The notes: a model not told the origin generated them from the letters alone. Shown: positions 10,635-21,749, counted from the first letter of the stretch. The stretch: 64,000 nucleotides of DNA from an uncultured bacterium (GCA_963705505.1 CAVPJU010000010.1:128001-192000); one strand, 5' to 3'. Numbers and translations are program-made.

Positions 10635-13271
10635 TTACTCATTCGCCGCTTTACTCTTCTTCTCTTCCTTTTCCTTCTTCGGAGGCTTCACTTCCCTGGT
10701 CAGGACGAGGTTCTTGTCCTTACCGACATCCACTACGACATGGTCTCCCTCTTTGAAAATCCCCTTGAGTATCTCGTTCGCTAGCGGGTCCTGTATCAGC
10801 TTCTGTATGGTCCTCTTGAGCGGCCTCGCGCCGTAAACCGGGTCGTATCCCTTCTCCGCAACGAGCGCCTTCGCCTCGTCCGTGAGGTCAAGCTCTATCT
10901 TCCTCTCGGTGAGCCTCTTCCTCAGGTGCTCTATCTGTATATCGACGATCTGCTTGATCTGCGCCATTCCGAGCGCCTTGAATATGACGATCTCGTCTAT
11001 CCTGTTCAGGAACTCGGGCCTGAACGTGCTCCTCAGCACCTCCATGACCCTCTCTTCCATCGTCTCAGGCCTGTTTATGAACTCGTGTATGTACTCGCTC
11101 CCGAGGTTGGACGTCATGATGATGATCGTGTTCTTGAAATCTACAGTCCTCCCCTGACCGTCCGTCAATCTGCCGTCGTCTAATATCTGAAGGAGCACGT
11201 TGAAGACGTCCGTGTGCGCCTTTTCTATCTCGTCGAATAGAACGACGGAGTAGGGGCGTCTCCTCACCGCTTCGGACAGCTGTCCGCCCTCCTCGTACCC
11301 CACGTATCCCGGAGGCGCGCCTATGAGCCTCGACACGGTGTGCTTCTCCATGTATTCGCTCATGTCTATCCGTATCATTGCGTGCTCGTCGTCGAACATG
11401 AACTCCGCGAGCGCCCTTGCTAACTCCGTCTTTCCCACCCCCGTGGGTCCCAGGAATAAGAATGAGCCTATGGGCCTGTTCGGGTCCGATAGACCGGCGC
11501 GCGAGCGCCTGAGTGCGTTCGATACCGCCGTGATCGCCTCGTCCTGCCCTATAACCCTCACGTGGAGGTTATCCTCCATGTGTATCAGCTTCTCGACTTC
11601 CCCTTCGAGGAGCCTCGATACGGGGACTCCCGTCCACTTGGAGACGATAGACGCGATGTCCTCGGCATCGACCTCCTCTTTCAGCATCTGCTTCCCTTTT
11701 TGTACCTCGGCGAGCTCCTTGCTCAGCTTCTCCAGCTTCTGGTTGAGCTCGGGCAGCTTGCCGTAGAGAAGCTCAGACGCCCTCGAAAGGTCGCCCTTCC
11801 TCTGGGCTATCTCGGCGTCCGATTTAAGCTGGTCTATCTCCTCCTTGATCTTGCGTATCTCGGTAATATGCTCCTTCTCCCTCTTCCACTGCGCCTTGAG
11901 CGTGTTGGATTCCTCTTTCAGATTAGCGATGTTCTTTTCGATTTCCCTGAGCTTTTCCTTCGAGGCCTCGTCCTTCTCCTTCTTGAGCGCTTGCCTTTCG
12001 ATCTCGAGCTGCATTATCCGCCTCTCGATATCGTCTATCTCGGTCGGCAGGGAGTCTATCTCCATCTTGAGCTTCGCCGCCGCCTCGTCTATGAGATCGA
12101 CAGCCTTATCCGGCAGGAACCTCGCCGTGATGTAGCGGTTGGACAGGACGGCAGCCGCGATAATGGCTTCGTCCTTTATCTTCACGCCGTGGTGCACCTC
12201 GTACTTTTCCTTTAATCCCCTCAGAATTGAAATCGTCTCCTCTACCGAAGGCTCATCGACGAAGACCTGCTGGAAACGCCTTTCGAGCGCCGCGTCCTTC
12301 TCTATATATTTCCTGTACTCATCGAGCGTGGTCGCGCCTATGCAGTGCAATTCCCCCCTCGCGAGCGCAGGCTTCAGCATGTTGGATGCGTCCATCGCCC
12401 CTTCGGTCGCCCCCGCTCCTACGACGGTATGTATCTCGTCTATGAAAAGTATTACGTCGCCGCCGGCTTCGGTCACTTCCTTCAGCACGGCTTTTAACCT
12501 TTCCTCGAACTGCCCCCTGTATTTGGCTCCCGCGATAAGTGACCCGATGTCGAGCGCTATGAGCTTCTTGTTCTTGAGACCTTCCGGAACGTCCCCGTTC
12601 ACTATCCTCTGAGCGAGCCCCTCGACGATCGCAGTCTTACCGACCCCCGGCTCGCCTATAAGCACCGGGTTGTTCTTCGTCCGGCGGGATAGCACCTGAA
12701 TGACCCGCCTTATCTCCTCGTCCCTGCCGATCACAGGGTCTATCTTCCCCCGGCGCGCAAGCTCTGTGAAGTCCTTGCCGTATTGTTTCAATGCCTGTAA
12801 CGTGTCTTCGGGGGACTGGCTGCTCACTGTCTGGCCTCCCCTTATGTCTTTCAGCACACGAAGTATGCTGTCCCTCGTTATCCCGAGCTTCTTGAATTCG
12901 TTCTTTAGATCCCCTGTCGCTTCCTCGGCAATCCCCAGGAGCAGGTGCTCCGTGCTTATATACTCGTCGCCGAGCGACTTCGCTTCCTTCTCCGCCGCCT
13001 TGAAAGCCTTGCTCAGCTCGCGGCTGAGATATACCTGGTCGGATTCCCCCTGCACCTTGGGGAGCTTCCCCGCTTCCCTCAGGGCGATCTCACGGACTAT
13101 CCCCGTGTTGACCCCGAGCTTCCCCAGTATCTGTATGGGGATACCGCCCTCGGATAGGAGCGCCACAAGCACGTGGGGTATATCAACGACCTGGTTGCTT
13201 CCCTCCTGTGCGAGAGACTGGGCCTCCGAAAGGGCTTCCTGGGCTTTTATAGTCAGTTTGTCGAATTTCAT
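10635..13271 (-). CDS. clpB: ATP-dependent chaperone ClpB
   Basis: 878 aa; two AAA+ modules ([16 protein letters not shown]), coiled-coil M domain, [16 protein letters not shown]. Confidence 0.97.
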   Translation of the reverse strand: MKFDKLTIKAQEALSEAQSLAQEGSNQVVDIPHVLVALLSEGGIPIQILGKLGVNTGIVREIALREAGKLPKVQGESDQVYLSRELSKAFKAAEKEAKSLGDEYISTEHLLLGIAEEATGDLKNEFKKLGITRDSILRVLKDIRGGQTVSSQSPEDTLQALKQYGKDFTELARRGKIDPVIGRDEEIRRVIQVLSRRTKNNPVLIGEPGVGKTAIVEGLAQRIVNGDVPEGLKNKKLIALDIGSLIAGAKYRGQFEERLKAVLKEVTEAGGDVILFIDEIHTVVGAGATEGAMDASNMLKPALARGELHCIGATTLDEYRKYIEKDAALERRFQQVFVDEPSVEETISILRGLKEKYEVHHGVKIKDEAIIAAAVLSNRYITARFLPDKAVDLIDEAAAKLKMEIDSLPTEIDDIERRIMQLEIERQALKKEKDEASKEKLREIEKNIANLKEESNTLKAQWKREKEHITEIRKIKEEIDQLKSDAEIAQRKGDLSRASELLYGKLPELNQKLEKLSKELAEVQKGKQMLKEEVDAEDIASIVSKWTGVPVSRLLEGEVEKLIHMEDNLHVRVIGQDEAITAVSNALRRSRAGLSDPNRPIGSFLFLGPTGVGKTELARALAEFMFDDEHAMIRIDMSEYMEKHTVSRLIGAPPGYVGYEEGGQLSEAVRRRPYSVVLFDEIEKAHTDVFNVLLQILDDGRLTDGQGRTVDFKNTIIIMTSNLGSEYIHEFINRPETMEERVMEVLRSTFRPEFLNRIDEIVIFKALGMAQIKQIVDIQIEHLRKRLTERKIELDLTDEAKALVAEKGYDPVYGARPLKRTIQKLIQDPLANEILKGIFKEGDHVVVDVGKDKNLVLTREVKPPKKEKEEKKSKAANE

Positions 13272-13500
13272 ATTTTCACTCTCTCCCTGGATGTTCTTAT
13301 TACCTTAATAAATAATAGTAATCAAAGCGGGGAATTCAACCCTGAATTATTAAATAATTTGAGACTTTTGTATGTTGTAAAGGAAGGGGTATAAGCCCGT
13401 CGGGACGCGACCCCGCGGCTCCAACCGGCAGCGTTGAGCCGCGCCTGTCGGATTTGATAGAAAAAATTAGTACTCACGGTCCTTATATTGCACGAATAAC

Positions 13501-13529
13501 TTGACTTTTTTTTGCGGAAATAATAATAT
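13501..13529 (+). promoter_or_regulatory. Sigma-70-type promoter upstream of the nitroreductase operon
   Basis: TTGACT (13501-13506), 17 bp, TAATAT (13524-13529); AAGGAGG RBS before ATG 13577. Confidence 0.55.
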
Positions 13530-13576
13530 GGTTGATTGTCTGGTAAGAAAAACATAATTTACATAAGGAGGCCGAA

Positions 13577-14606
13577 ATGAGTACATTGATTTCCGATGGT
13601 CTTCCTCAGGCTAGTCAGGTAAAACCGCTCAATACTTTCGAAGCGATTGGCTTGAGAAGATCAATAAGATGGTATGAACCCAATAAGCCTGTCGAAAGAT
13701 GGAAGATACAGGCTATGCTTGAAGCTTCAAGGATTGCCCCGTCCGCCGGAAACTTCAACGGACAGAGGGCTATCGTAGTTTACAGAGACGAAGACCCGGA
13801 GATTTGGGAATTCATCTCGGACTGGAGCCAGATCACGACGCAGATGGCTCCGATACTTGTTTTCTGGTGTTATGACTTGTCCTCGTACGACGTCCAGGGT
13901 CAGCAGCTCCACGACCTTATGAGGACAGGCGCCCTCGATAAGGCTCACGGATGGGAATACGACCGTGTGAACAGGCTGTTCCCGCTGCCTGCTCTTCTCC
14001 CGGATTTCGTTCTTCACAGACTCGCATGTATCGACCTGGGCAATGCAATACAAAACTCGATTCTCACGGCAACATCCCTCGGTTTGGGCTGCTGCCTAAA
14101 CGGAGCAAGCGGCGGCGCGAGGAGGAACATAAAGGATAAATTCAACCTCCCGCCATCATACGTATTCTGCTGGCTCATGACCGTTGGGTATCCGTCGGAG
14201 AACCTCGACGGCGGCGGAACCAGAGGGACGCCCCCCGTTCGAGACCATGTTCTTCAAGGGCAAGGTAGGACAGCCCTTCGAAAGGGACGCCAAGACCGTT
14301 GAGCTCCTAAAAGAGCTGAAGATGATTCAGGAGCCGGGACCGAAGCCGGGAAGGCTCGAGGAGATCAACAAGCTCACCAAGAGGTTCGGACTCGGAGACG
14401 AGTGGCTTACCGATTGGAAGCTCGGACCTTCACAGCTTAACGACCCCAAAATGGCAGTTGATACGAAGCCGGAACCCCTCCCCGCAGATCAGGTTAAAGC
14501 CTCTGCCGCAGGAGCGCCGGCCAGTGACTTTCAGCTGAATCCGACTGTTAAGAGAGAGGTCCTCGATCAGTACAGGAAAGAAAAAGGTATCGGCGACGCC
14601 GACTAA
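13577..14606 (+). CDS. Nitroreductase-family flavoprotein with a long C-terminal extension; frameshift near 14225
   Basis: RRSIRWY, APSAGN, LTATSLGLG, MTVGYP; ORFs 13577-14302 and 14184-14606 join as GGTRG-RPPFE after removing one G. Confidence 0.8.
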
Positions 14607-14626
14607 ATCAAAGGAGGTTCTAAATC

Positions 14627-14824
14627 ATGGCAGAAGTAACGATTCAGATACCGGATCCGATATTGAATATAATAAAGAAAAGGGCCGAAATGACGAAGTC
14701 CACGCCCGAGCAGCTCATAGCTACGACGGCTATCCTTTGCTACGCGTCGGCACACTATGATTCGTCCAAGTGGCTCAAGTTCCAGGACCCGAACAAGGGC
14801 GAGATGACAGCCCCCTGGAAATAA
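14627..14824 (+). CDS. Small protein with a ribbon-helix-helix-like N-terminus
   Basis: AAGGAGG RBS; VTIQIPDPILNIIKKRAE..TPEQLI pattern; followed by a terminator. Confidence 0.65.
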   Translation: MAEVTIQIPDPILNIIKKRAEMTKSTPEQLIATTAILCYASAHYDSSKWLKFQDPNKGEMTAPWK

Positions 14825-14872
14825 GGTCATTATCAGGATCTGAAAATTAAATAGGGTTACGATAAAGAACAT

Positions 14873-14920
14873 AAAAAAAGCGGGGACACATCAGCCGATG
14901 CGTCCCCGCTTTTTATTTTT
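14873..14920. terminator. Bidirectional intrinsic terminator
   Basis: A tract, GCGGGGAC...GTCCCCGC stem, T tract; lies between convergent genes. Confidence 0.85.
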
Positions 14921-14963
14921 GGATTAATATATTCCGGTTAAGGCCCGGTAAAGCCGTTTCGGA

Positions 14964-16106
14964 TTAGATACCCAGCTCGCGCGCAATGACTATGTGCTGT
15001 ATCTCCGAAGTGCCTTCGGTGATGGATGCGAGCTTGGCGTCCCTGTAATACCTCTCGACCGGGAATTCCACGCCGTACCCGTATCCCCCCAGCACCTGCA
15101 CGGCCTCTGTCGCGACCCACTGCACCACCTCGGCCGCATGCAGTTTAGCCATGGACGCTTCCTTGAGCGCCTTCTTGTCGTTGCTGTAGAGCCAGGCCGC
15201 CTTATAGACGAGGAGCCTTGCGGTTTCTATCTTGACCGCCATCTCCGCGAGCTTGAAGCTTATCGCCTGGAATTTCGATATGTGCTTCCCGAATGCCTCC
15301 CTCTCCTTCGAATAATTGAGCGCAAACTCGAACGCCGCCTGCGATAGACCGACCGATTTCGCAGCGTGCGTTATACGCGCTCCGAGCAGCGTGTCCATCG
15401 CCCCGTTAAAGCCGCCTTCCCCGACCAGGAGGTTCTCTTCTGGTATTTCGCAGTTCACGAACACGAGCTCGGCCGTATCGGCCGACCTGTGCCCGAGCTT
15501 GTGTATCTTGTTCTTCTCCGTAAACCCCGGGGCGTCCGCATCCACTATAAAGAGGCTTATCCCGGTTCCCTTCTTCGTTTTGTCCGTGTACGCGGCCACT
15601 ATGACGTAATCGGCCATCGTGCCGTTCGTGATCCAGGTCTTTGTTCCGTTGAGATAGTATTTCCCGTCCTTCTTTGTCGCCGTGGCGCGTATGCTCCTGG
15701 CGTCGGAACCAGCGTCGGGCTCCGTCAATCCGAGAGCGCCTATGACCTTTCCCTCTATCCCCGGTATGAGGTATTTCTCCTTTTGTTCCTTCGTTCCGAA
15801 TTTGTACACCGGCACGCATGAGAGGCTGGTGTGTGCGTTGATACACATGGCGATCCCCGCGTTTATGCGTCCCATCTCCTCGGCGAATATACATTCCGTT
15901 ACTTTATCGAGGCCCACCCCCCCGTACTCCTCCGGGAATGAGATACCCAGAAAACCCATTTCCCCGAGCTTCGGGAATATCTCCTTGGGGAATTTTTCGT
16001 TCTTCTCCGCTTCCTCCACAAGGGGCGCTATCTCGTTTTCGCCGAAGTCCCGGATCGTATCCCTGAACATCTGCTGTTCTTCCGTAAACTCAAAATCAAT
16101 AGGCAT
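14964..16106 (-). CDS. Acyl-CoA dehydrogenase
   Basis: LTEPDAGSD, LNGTKTWITNG, REAFGKHI, VLGGYGY, ITEGTSEIQ. Confidence 0.95.
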   Translation of the reverse strand: MPIDFEFTEEQQMFRDTIRDFGENEIAPLVEEAEKNEKFPKEIFPKLGEMGFLGISFPEEYGGVGLDKVTECIFAEEMGRINAGIAMCINAHTSLSCVPVYKFGTKEQKEKYLIPGIEGKVIGALGLTEPDAGSDARSIRATATKKDGKYYLNGTKTWITNGTMADYVIVAAYTDKTKKGTGISLFIVDADAPGFTEKNKIHKLGHRSADTAELVFVNCEIPEENLLVGEGGFNGAMDTLLGARITHAAKSVGLSQAAFEFALNYSKEREAFGKHISKFQAISFKLAEMAVKIETARLLVYKAAWLYSNDKKALKEASMAKLHAAEVVQWVATEAVQVLGGYGYGVEFPVERYYRDAKLASITEGTSEIQHIVIARELGI

Positions 16107-16307
16107 AGGACCCTCCTGAAAATATAAAATTATGTCCTTTAAAAACGGGTGTCTTTTTTTGTGAGATTGATTATAGCATGATTATAAAATTTGTGTAATA
16201 AAGTCAACCGGTGGGGATAAATTTACCTTGACTTTTTTTCCACATTTTTATTATAGTAGTAGGGGGGGCGAGTCGGCGGTGGCGTAACAAAAATACATAA
16301 GGAGGTA

Positions 16308-16520
16308 ATGGCTATGGCTGTTGCTAGGATCACAGAGATAATAGGTTCATCTCCCAAATCATGGGACGACGCGGTAAAGAACGCTCTCGACAGGGCGAAC
16401 AAGACGCTCCGCGGCCTAACCGGCATAGAGGTCACGAAGATGAACGCCGCTGTCGGCAAAGGCGGAAAAATCACCGAGTACAGGGCGCACATCAGGATTA
16501 CGTTTATATTAGAGGGCTGA
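16308..16520 (+). CDS. Dodecin family flavin-binding protein
   Basis: ITEIIGSSPKSWDDAVKNALDRANKTLRGL...EYRAHIRITF; AAGGAGG RBS (start may be 16314). Confidence 0.9.
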   Translation: MAMAVARITEIIGSSPKSWDDAVKNALDRANKTLRGLTGIEVTKMNAAVGKGGKITEYRAHIRITFILEG

Positions 16521-16880
16521 GAAGGCTGAATTCCGCCTTTTCCGAGGCAATACATATTTGAGGGGAGCGGATATTAAGCCGCTTTGAGAGATATAGGAAA
16601 GAGGTGCTTGTACAGTTATAAAGAGGGACACCCGGCTGCAATTTTACGAGGGTCATTCCTTCGGGCGTACTTCCGCTCCCCGCAGTAAAGACGGGATATA
16701 ACGTAACGGTGGCATGCAGCCGATACGCATGTAATATCTCCATAACCGCCCATTCAAAACAACTTATAATGCCTCTTCCTGCTTGCCAATGAGCGGGAAT
16801 AAACGATAGCCGGTCTCTCAGACCCTTGACTTTTATCCGTCTGGTTTATAATAGTCTTTAAAACGTTTAAGGAGTCCGAC

Positions 16881-17288
16881 ATGGCAAAGAAAGAAGGCGG
16901 CGAAAATATGTTTGCGGAATTCCTCAAAATCCTCGAGACGCAGAAGAACGAAATCGAGAAGATTACGAAGCCCATCCTGGAGAGCCAGAAAAAGGCCCAG
17001 GAGATGACGAAGCCCATGATCGAATACCAGCAGAGGCTCTTCCTGGAATCTATAGAGCTCCAGAAAGCGCTCATGGAAAACATCATGGAAACGACGAAGA
17101 GGATGCTGAGGATTATGTCCGAGAGCCCGATGAAATACGGAAGCGGAAGCCCGATGTCCGGACTGGGTATGGCGGAGGACAAGTTCTCCGAATACATGAG
17201 GAACATGCAGAAAATCCAGGATAGCTGGATGGAGCAATTAAAGAATACAGCATCCATGTTCCAGGACTTCATGAAAAAGGGTTCTTAG
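16881..17288 (+). CDS. Hypothetical alpha-helical protein, phasin/PHA-granule-associated-like
   Basis: AAGGAG RBS; Met/Gln/Glu/Lys-rich amphipathic helices; no catalytic motif seen. Confidence 0.5.
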   Translation: MAKKEGGENMFAEFLKILETQKNEIEKITKPILESQKKAQEMTKPMIEYQQRLFLESIELQKALMENIMETTKRMLRIMSESPMKYGSGSPMSGLGMAEDKFSEYMRNMQKIQDSWMEQLKNTASMFQDFMKKGS

Positions 17289-17554
17289 CAATTATTAAGC
17301 ATGTGTTGGTAGTCAGTTATAAGGCATTCTTCAAGTCTTTACATGCCTGAGAAGATTAAAGGTAATTATACCCTTTGTGTTTTTGTCCATTCTGTTCCCG
17401 CCCATATATCCCTGTTAAAATCCTTACTATGCATGAATGCTGACGCCAGGAAATATAAGCTCCCGCATAACAATATTTCCCGGTAAAATTATAATAATCA
17501 GCAATCACGGGCGGATATGAACATTAAAATCTTCGCATCTGCGTACAAAAACCC

Positions 17555-17583
17555 TTGACAACCCGATTCCGAGCCTTTATATT
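17555..17583 (+). promoter_or_regulatory. Sigma-70-type promoter
   Basis: TTGACA (17555-17560), 17 bp, TATATT (17578-17583), upstream of AGGAGG and ATG 17617. Confidence 0.6.
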
Positions 17584-17616
17584 AAATTTATATCACGACT
17601 CCAGGAGGTCATTAAG

Positions 17617-18036
17617 ATGGCAACAAGCAAAAATACTTATGATGTAAAAGATTTTACCGAGCCTGTAAAGGAATTATCCAAGCTCGTAAAGGATACATAC
17701 CTTAACACGCTTGATTTCTCTATTTCGGTAGCCGAGGAAAACAAGAAGGTATTCAACAAACAGCTCGACTACGTTATCGAAGCGGAGAAAGAATACATCG
17801 GCACGATGAAGGACTTCTACGGCTCGCTGCCGAAGGAAGAATATCCCTTCGCCAAGATCGATTCCAGAGCGTTCGAGGAAGGCCTGGAAAGGGTTTTTGA
17901 GTTTCAGAAAAACTTGGTAGACTCTTTTAAGGGTATTTCGGACAACGTAGCCGCTGAAAGCCGCGAGTTCGCAAAGAAGAATATGCTTAAAGCCTTTTCG
18001 ATGTTCGATGAAGCGCTCGACTCTATAAAGGCTTAA
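17617..18036 (+). CDS. Hypothetical alpha-helical protein, phasin-like
   Basis: 139 aa, predicted all-helical and amphipathic; strong RBS; hairpin at about 18066-18093 downstream. Confidence 0.5.
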   Translation: MATSKNTYDVKDFTEPVKELSKLVKDTYLNTLDFSISVAEENKKVFNKQLDYVIEAEKEYIGTMKDFYGSLPKEEYPFAKIDSRAFEEGLERVFEFQKNLVDSFKGISDNVAAESREFAKKNMLKAFSMFDEALDSIKA

Positions 18037-18244
18037 TTCAGCTTGAAACGTTAAAGGAAATTAAAGGGGAGAGCCCTTATCCCGGCTCTCCTCAATTTAT
18101 CAGATACTACCGTTATTACTGTTTATCCGGTTTCAAATAAGAAATTGAATAAAACCCGGAAACAGCGGGTACCCTCATATTCGTAAGGGATATTGAAGGA
18201 GCGTATAGTTTTGACTCTATGAAGAAACACCGGTCGTATCAAGG

Positions 18245-19453
18245 ATGAAGGGGAATATGAAAAAGCACAAAGCTCTGGAAAAGCTGACTCCGAGGCTCGT
18301 GGAAATCGAATCCGGCGCCCGGGATGAGGATTACGAAATATATTCTTACGAAAGGGATGAGGGGTTCGATCTCGGGGACGGAGAGTTCGATCCCGATTAT
18401 GCATCAGGCGGACACGCACCCAGGCAGAAGAGGAACCGCAAGCCCAAGCTCGAGGAGCATCTGAGGCTTCTTCACGTTTATTTCAAAGACCTCGAGTACG
18501 AAACTTCCCTCCTCTCGCCCCAGGAAGAGCTCAGGATCGCGGCGAATATCAAGAAATGCGAGAACAAGGCCGAGGCTATAAGGGCCGTTCTTTCCGAGAT
18601 TGCCAGAAACACCGAAAAGAAAAAAAGCGGCCTCAAGAGATACCCTGTCCATACAGGGACCGACATAATTGACTACATGGGCAGGTTGAATACTCTTTCA
18701 AACGCCTATGTCAAAAGATCATCCGAGCTCAAAAACAGATTCATAAAGTCGAACCTCAAGCTCGTCATAAGCATTGCGAAGAACTACATGGGAAGGGGCC
18801 TTCCGCTGGCAGACCTGATACAGGAAGGGAACCTCGGGCTGATGAGGGCGGTAGAGAAATTCGACTACACGCTCGGGTACAAGTTTTCGACCTATGCGAG
18901 CTGGTGGATTCAGCAGGCCGTATTCAGAGCGCCTTTCGAGAAAACCAAAACGATCAGAATACCGGTATATCTCTACGAATGGGCAGGCAAGGTCAGAGCG
19001 GTCACCACTATGCTGACGAAGGAGCTTGGCCGGGAGCCGACGTGCGAGGAAATAGCAAAGGAGCTCGAAATCTCCCCCGCTGTGGTGAAAAGGATAATCC
19101 AGACCGCCTCCGACGTCATGAACAACGTACAGTCCCTCGACACCCCCATCTCGAACGAAGACCAGAGAGCACACATCGAATTCGTTGAAGACAACAAGAT
19201 ACCGCCCCCCGACTCCGCGATACTGAAGAGGACGGTCCAGAACAGGATAGAGGACATACTTTCGCTGCTGACTCCGAAGGAGCGGGAGATAATCAGGATG
19301 CGTTTCGGTATCGGCATTGAAACCACTTACACTCTTAACGAGATAGGGGACAAGTTCGGCGTTACCCGCGAGAGGATAAGGCAGATAGAGAAATCCGCTC
19401 TCGACAAGATAGCGTCTTCATACATCGGGGATTATTTAAGGGACCTGGTTTAG
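18245..19453 (+). CDS. Sigma-70 family RNA polymerase sigma factor (RpoD/RpoS-like paralog, no obvious region 1.1)
   Basis: NLKLVISIAKNY, DLIQEGNLGLMRAVEKFD, KFSTYASWWI, TLNEIG..FGVTRERIRQIE. Confidence 0.92.
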   Translation: MKGNMKKHKALEKLTPRLVEIESGARDEDYEIYSYERDEGFDLGDGEFDPDYASGGHAPRQKRNRKPKLEEHLRLLHVYFKDLEYETSLLSPQEELRIAANIKKCENKAEAIRAVLSEIARNTEKKKSGLKRYPVHTGTDIIDYMGRLNTLSNAYVKRSSELKNRFIKSNLKLVISIAKNYMGRGLPLADLIQEGNLGLMRAVEKFDYTLGYKFSTYASWWIQQAVFRAPFEKTKTIRIPVYLYEWAGKVRAVTTMLTKELGREPTCEEIAKELEISPAVVKRIIQTASDVMNNVQSLDTPISNEDQRAHIEFVEDNKIPPPDSAILKRTVQNRIEDILSLLTPKEREIIRMRFGIGIETTYTLNEIGDKFGVTRERIRQIEKSALDKIASSYIGDYLRDLV

Positions 19454-19803
19454 GGGACGGTGCCGCTCAGGAGGTAGGGGCGCCATTTATTCACGTAGGC
19501 GTCGAGGTCAAAAGGCGGGGTCCAGTCCTGATCCACATAGACGTAAAGCTCCTGACCCGGGTATATCTTATTCGGGTTCTGGATTGTGCCCATGTTGGCC
19601 TGATATATCTTCACCCACTGCCTGCAGTCGAGGAAATAGTATCCGGCCAATAGATGAAGCTCCTCACCGCTCTTTACGGTGTGCACGATCATCTTCTTCG
19701 GCGGCTCCGGCGGGAATTCGATGGAATTTGCAACCCGCTGTCCCAATCCCAGAACAACCAAAGTTATTATCAAAGCGGTCGTAATGCGTATCATCTTTCC
19801 CAA
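19450..19803 (-). CDS. Secreted LysM-domain protein
   Basis: Signal-like N-terminus; HTVKSGE..L..LA..Y...WVKIYQAN...IQNPNKIYPGQEL. Confidence 0.8.
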   Translation of the reverse strand: MGKMIRITTALIITLVVLGLGQRVANSIEFPPEPPKKMIVHTVKSGEELHLLAGYYFLDCRQWVKIYQANMGTIQNPNKIYPGQELYVYVDQDWTPPFDLDAYVNKWRPYLLSGTVP

Positions 19804-19901
19804 TTATAATACAATATCACTATATGGTCACCTGTTTTTTATGTTTGTAATATTCGTGATGTAAAATATCAGTCCCATAATAGAGTCAAGACAACAATTT
19901 C

Positions 19902-20351
19902 ATGCGAGCCATAATCCAGCGGGTAAAAGAGGCGAGGGTCGAGGTCGAAGGCGAGGTCGTGGGCCGGATAGGGGAGGGTATGCTCATTCTCCTTGGGGCA
20001 GGGAAGGACGATACAGAAGAGGATGCCCGGTATCTCGCGGAGAAGATTTTGACGCTTCGCATATTCGAGGACACAGAAGGGAAGATGAACCTTTCCGTCA
20101 CGGACACAGGCGGCGGTGTGCTGGTCGTCTCCCAGTTCACACTCTACGGCGACTGCAGGAAGGGGAGGCGTCCCTCGTTCGACAAAGCCGCTCCCCCCGA
20201 GCTTGCGGAGAGGCTCTACGAGCTCTTCGTGAGTGAAATCAGGGAGCGCGGAGTGAAAGTCGAGACCGGCAGATTCCGCGCCATGATGGACGTGCATCTG
20301 GTCAACTGGGGGCCCGTGACGCTTATGCTGGATAGTAAGAGGGAGTTTTAG
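19902..20351 (+). CDS. dtd: D-aminoacyl-tRNA deacylase
   Basis: [36 protein letters not shown]. Confidence 0.97.
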   Translation: MRAIIQRVKEARVEVEGEVVGRIGEGMLILLGAGKDDTEEDARYLAEKILTLRIFEDTEGKMNLSVTDTGGGVLVVSQFTLYGDCRKGRRPSFDKAAPPELAERLYELFVSEIRERGVKVETGRFRAMMDVHLVNWGPVTLMLDSKREF

Positions 20352-20367
20352 AATTAAATCCTCCCTA

Positions 20368-20454
20368 AGCTGACATCAGCAAGTTTCCTGCGGTTTATGA
20401 GGCTTGGGTGCTCCTTAGGAAGTGTGACCGGTTCTTGCGCACGCTCAGAACCGT
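20368..20454 (+). mobile_element. 87-bp structured insert (copy B) interrupting a family A REP-like palindrome (20355-20480)
   Basis: Removing it restores TAAATCCTCCCTA|ACCCTCCTTTTCCTAAGGAGGGAATT, the reverse complement of 10546-10583 except for one extra loop base. Confidence 0.7.
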
Positions 20455-20529
20455 ACCCTCCTTTTCCTAAGGAGGGAATTGAAAGATTAAAGATGAAATT
20501 CCCGATAAAAACATACGGGAATCACAGGC

Positions 20530-20574
20530 TGTTCACCCCCATCCTTCACCTTCCCCCCTCAAGGGGGAAGGAAT
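20530..20574. repeat. Family B REP-like palindrome (inverted relative to 7076-7121)
   Basis: TGTTCACCCCCATCCTTCACCTTCCCCCCTCAAGGGGGAAGGAAT. Confidence 0.8.
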
Positions 20575-20620
20575 CAAACGGTAAAGTTGATTTCCCCCGC
20601 TCAGGCATTATATTAAAAAA

Positions 20621-21070
20621 ATGGAGAAGGTAGTCTGCACACATCCCAGAGCCAAGAGGGATTACGACATTGAGGAGAATTACGAGGCCGGCATCGAGCT
20701 CAAGGGCTCCGAGGTAAAATCACTTCGCGAAAATCAGGCGAGCATAAAGGAGAGCTTCGCCATGATAAGGGACGAGGAGGTCTTCCTCGTCAACAGCTAC
20801 ATAGCCCCTTACGAGGCTGCGAACATATTCAACCACGACCCGCGCAGGGAAAGGAAGCTCCTCCTGAACAAACGGGAGATCAGCCGGCTCATGGGCAAGA
20901 CCCTGATAAGGGGATACACGCTCATCCCCTTGAAGATTTATTTCAAGCGGGGGAAGGCGAAGGTCGATCTGGCGCTCGGGAAGGGTAAGAAGGTCCACGA
21001 TAAAAGGGACGACATTAAGAAGAGAGAGGCGGACAGGGAGATGGAGAAGGCTATGAAGAGGCGTTACTGA
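20621..21070 (+). CDS. smpB: SsrA-binding protein
   Basis: YEAGIELKGSEVKSLR, NHDPRRERKLLL, GKGKKVHDKR; adjacent to ssrA. Confidence 0.97.
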   Translation: MEKVVCTHPRAKRDYDIEENYEAGIELKGSEVKSLRENQASIKESFAMIRDEEVFLVNSYIAPYEAANIFNHDPRRERKLLLNKREISRLMGKTLIRGYTLIPLKIYFKRGKAKVDLALGKGKKVHDKRDDIKKREADREMEKAMKRRY

Positions 21071-21206
21071 TCCTGTTAAGTGCCCTAAAAGTAAGGTAAA
21101 CTAAGTACGGATCCTGAACAAGTGAAGGGATTGACATTATCGAAATAATAATTATTGTATCAGAATGAGTTACACTGCATTATTGAAGCATCACATTCTT
21201 TGACAC

Positions 21207-21562
<356 letters not shown>

Positions 21563-21749
21563 CCCTTCGCTCTTCGAGCTTCGGGTGGCTTACGCCGCGA
21601 AGCAAACCCGGGCTTACACTGTAAAGACATTTAAGAATAGTGCTAAAGAAGGGTGGTGTCGCCCGTAGCCTTTAATTCCCAGAAGCTTTTTCGGTCGAAG
21701 TAGAACTTCAGCGTAGGGGAGACTTCAATATTATTAGAGAACGAAAAAC

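Noticed and set aside
16562..16681. 10-bp inverted repeat (GGGGAGCGGA/TCCGCTCCCC) and a 45-codon Cys-containing minus-strand ORF between dodecin and the first phasin-like gene
   Set aside because: No convincing internal structure, RBS or family match; cannot be told from chance without comparative data.
20368..20460. Group II intron or known ribozyme identity for the 87-88 bp inserts (the minus strand of copy B reads GTACGGTTCTGAG, like the end of domain V)
   Set aside because: No GUGYG...AY ends, no complete domain V, and the motif is absent from copy A. I could not fit hammerhead, twister, pistol or HDV cores to both copies.
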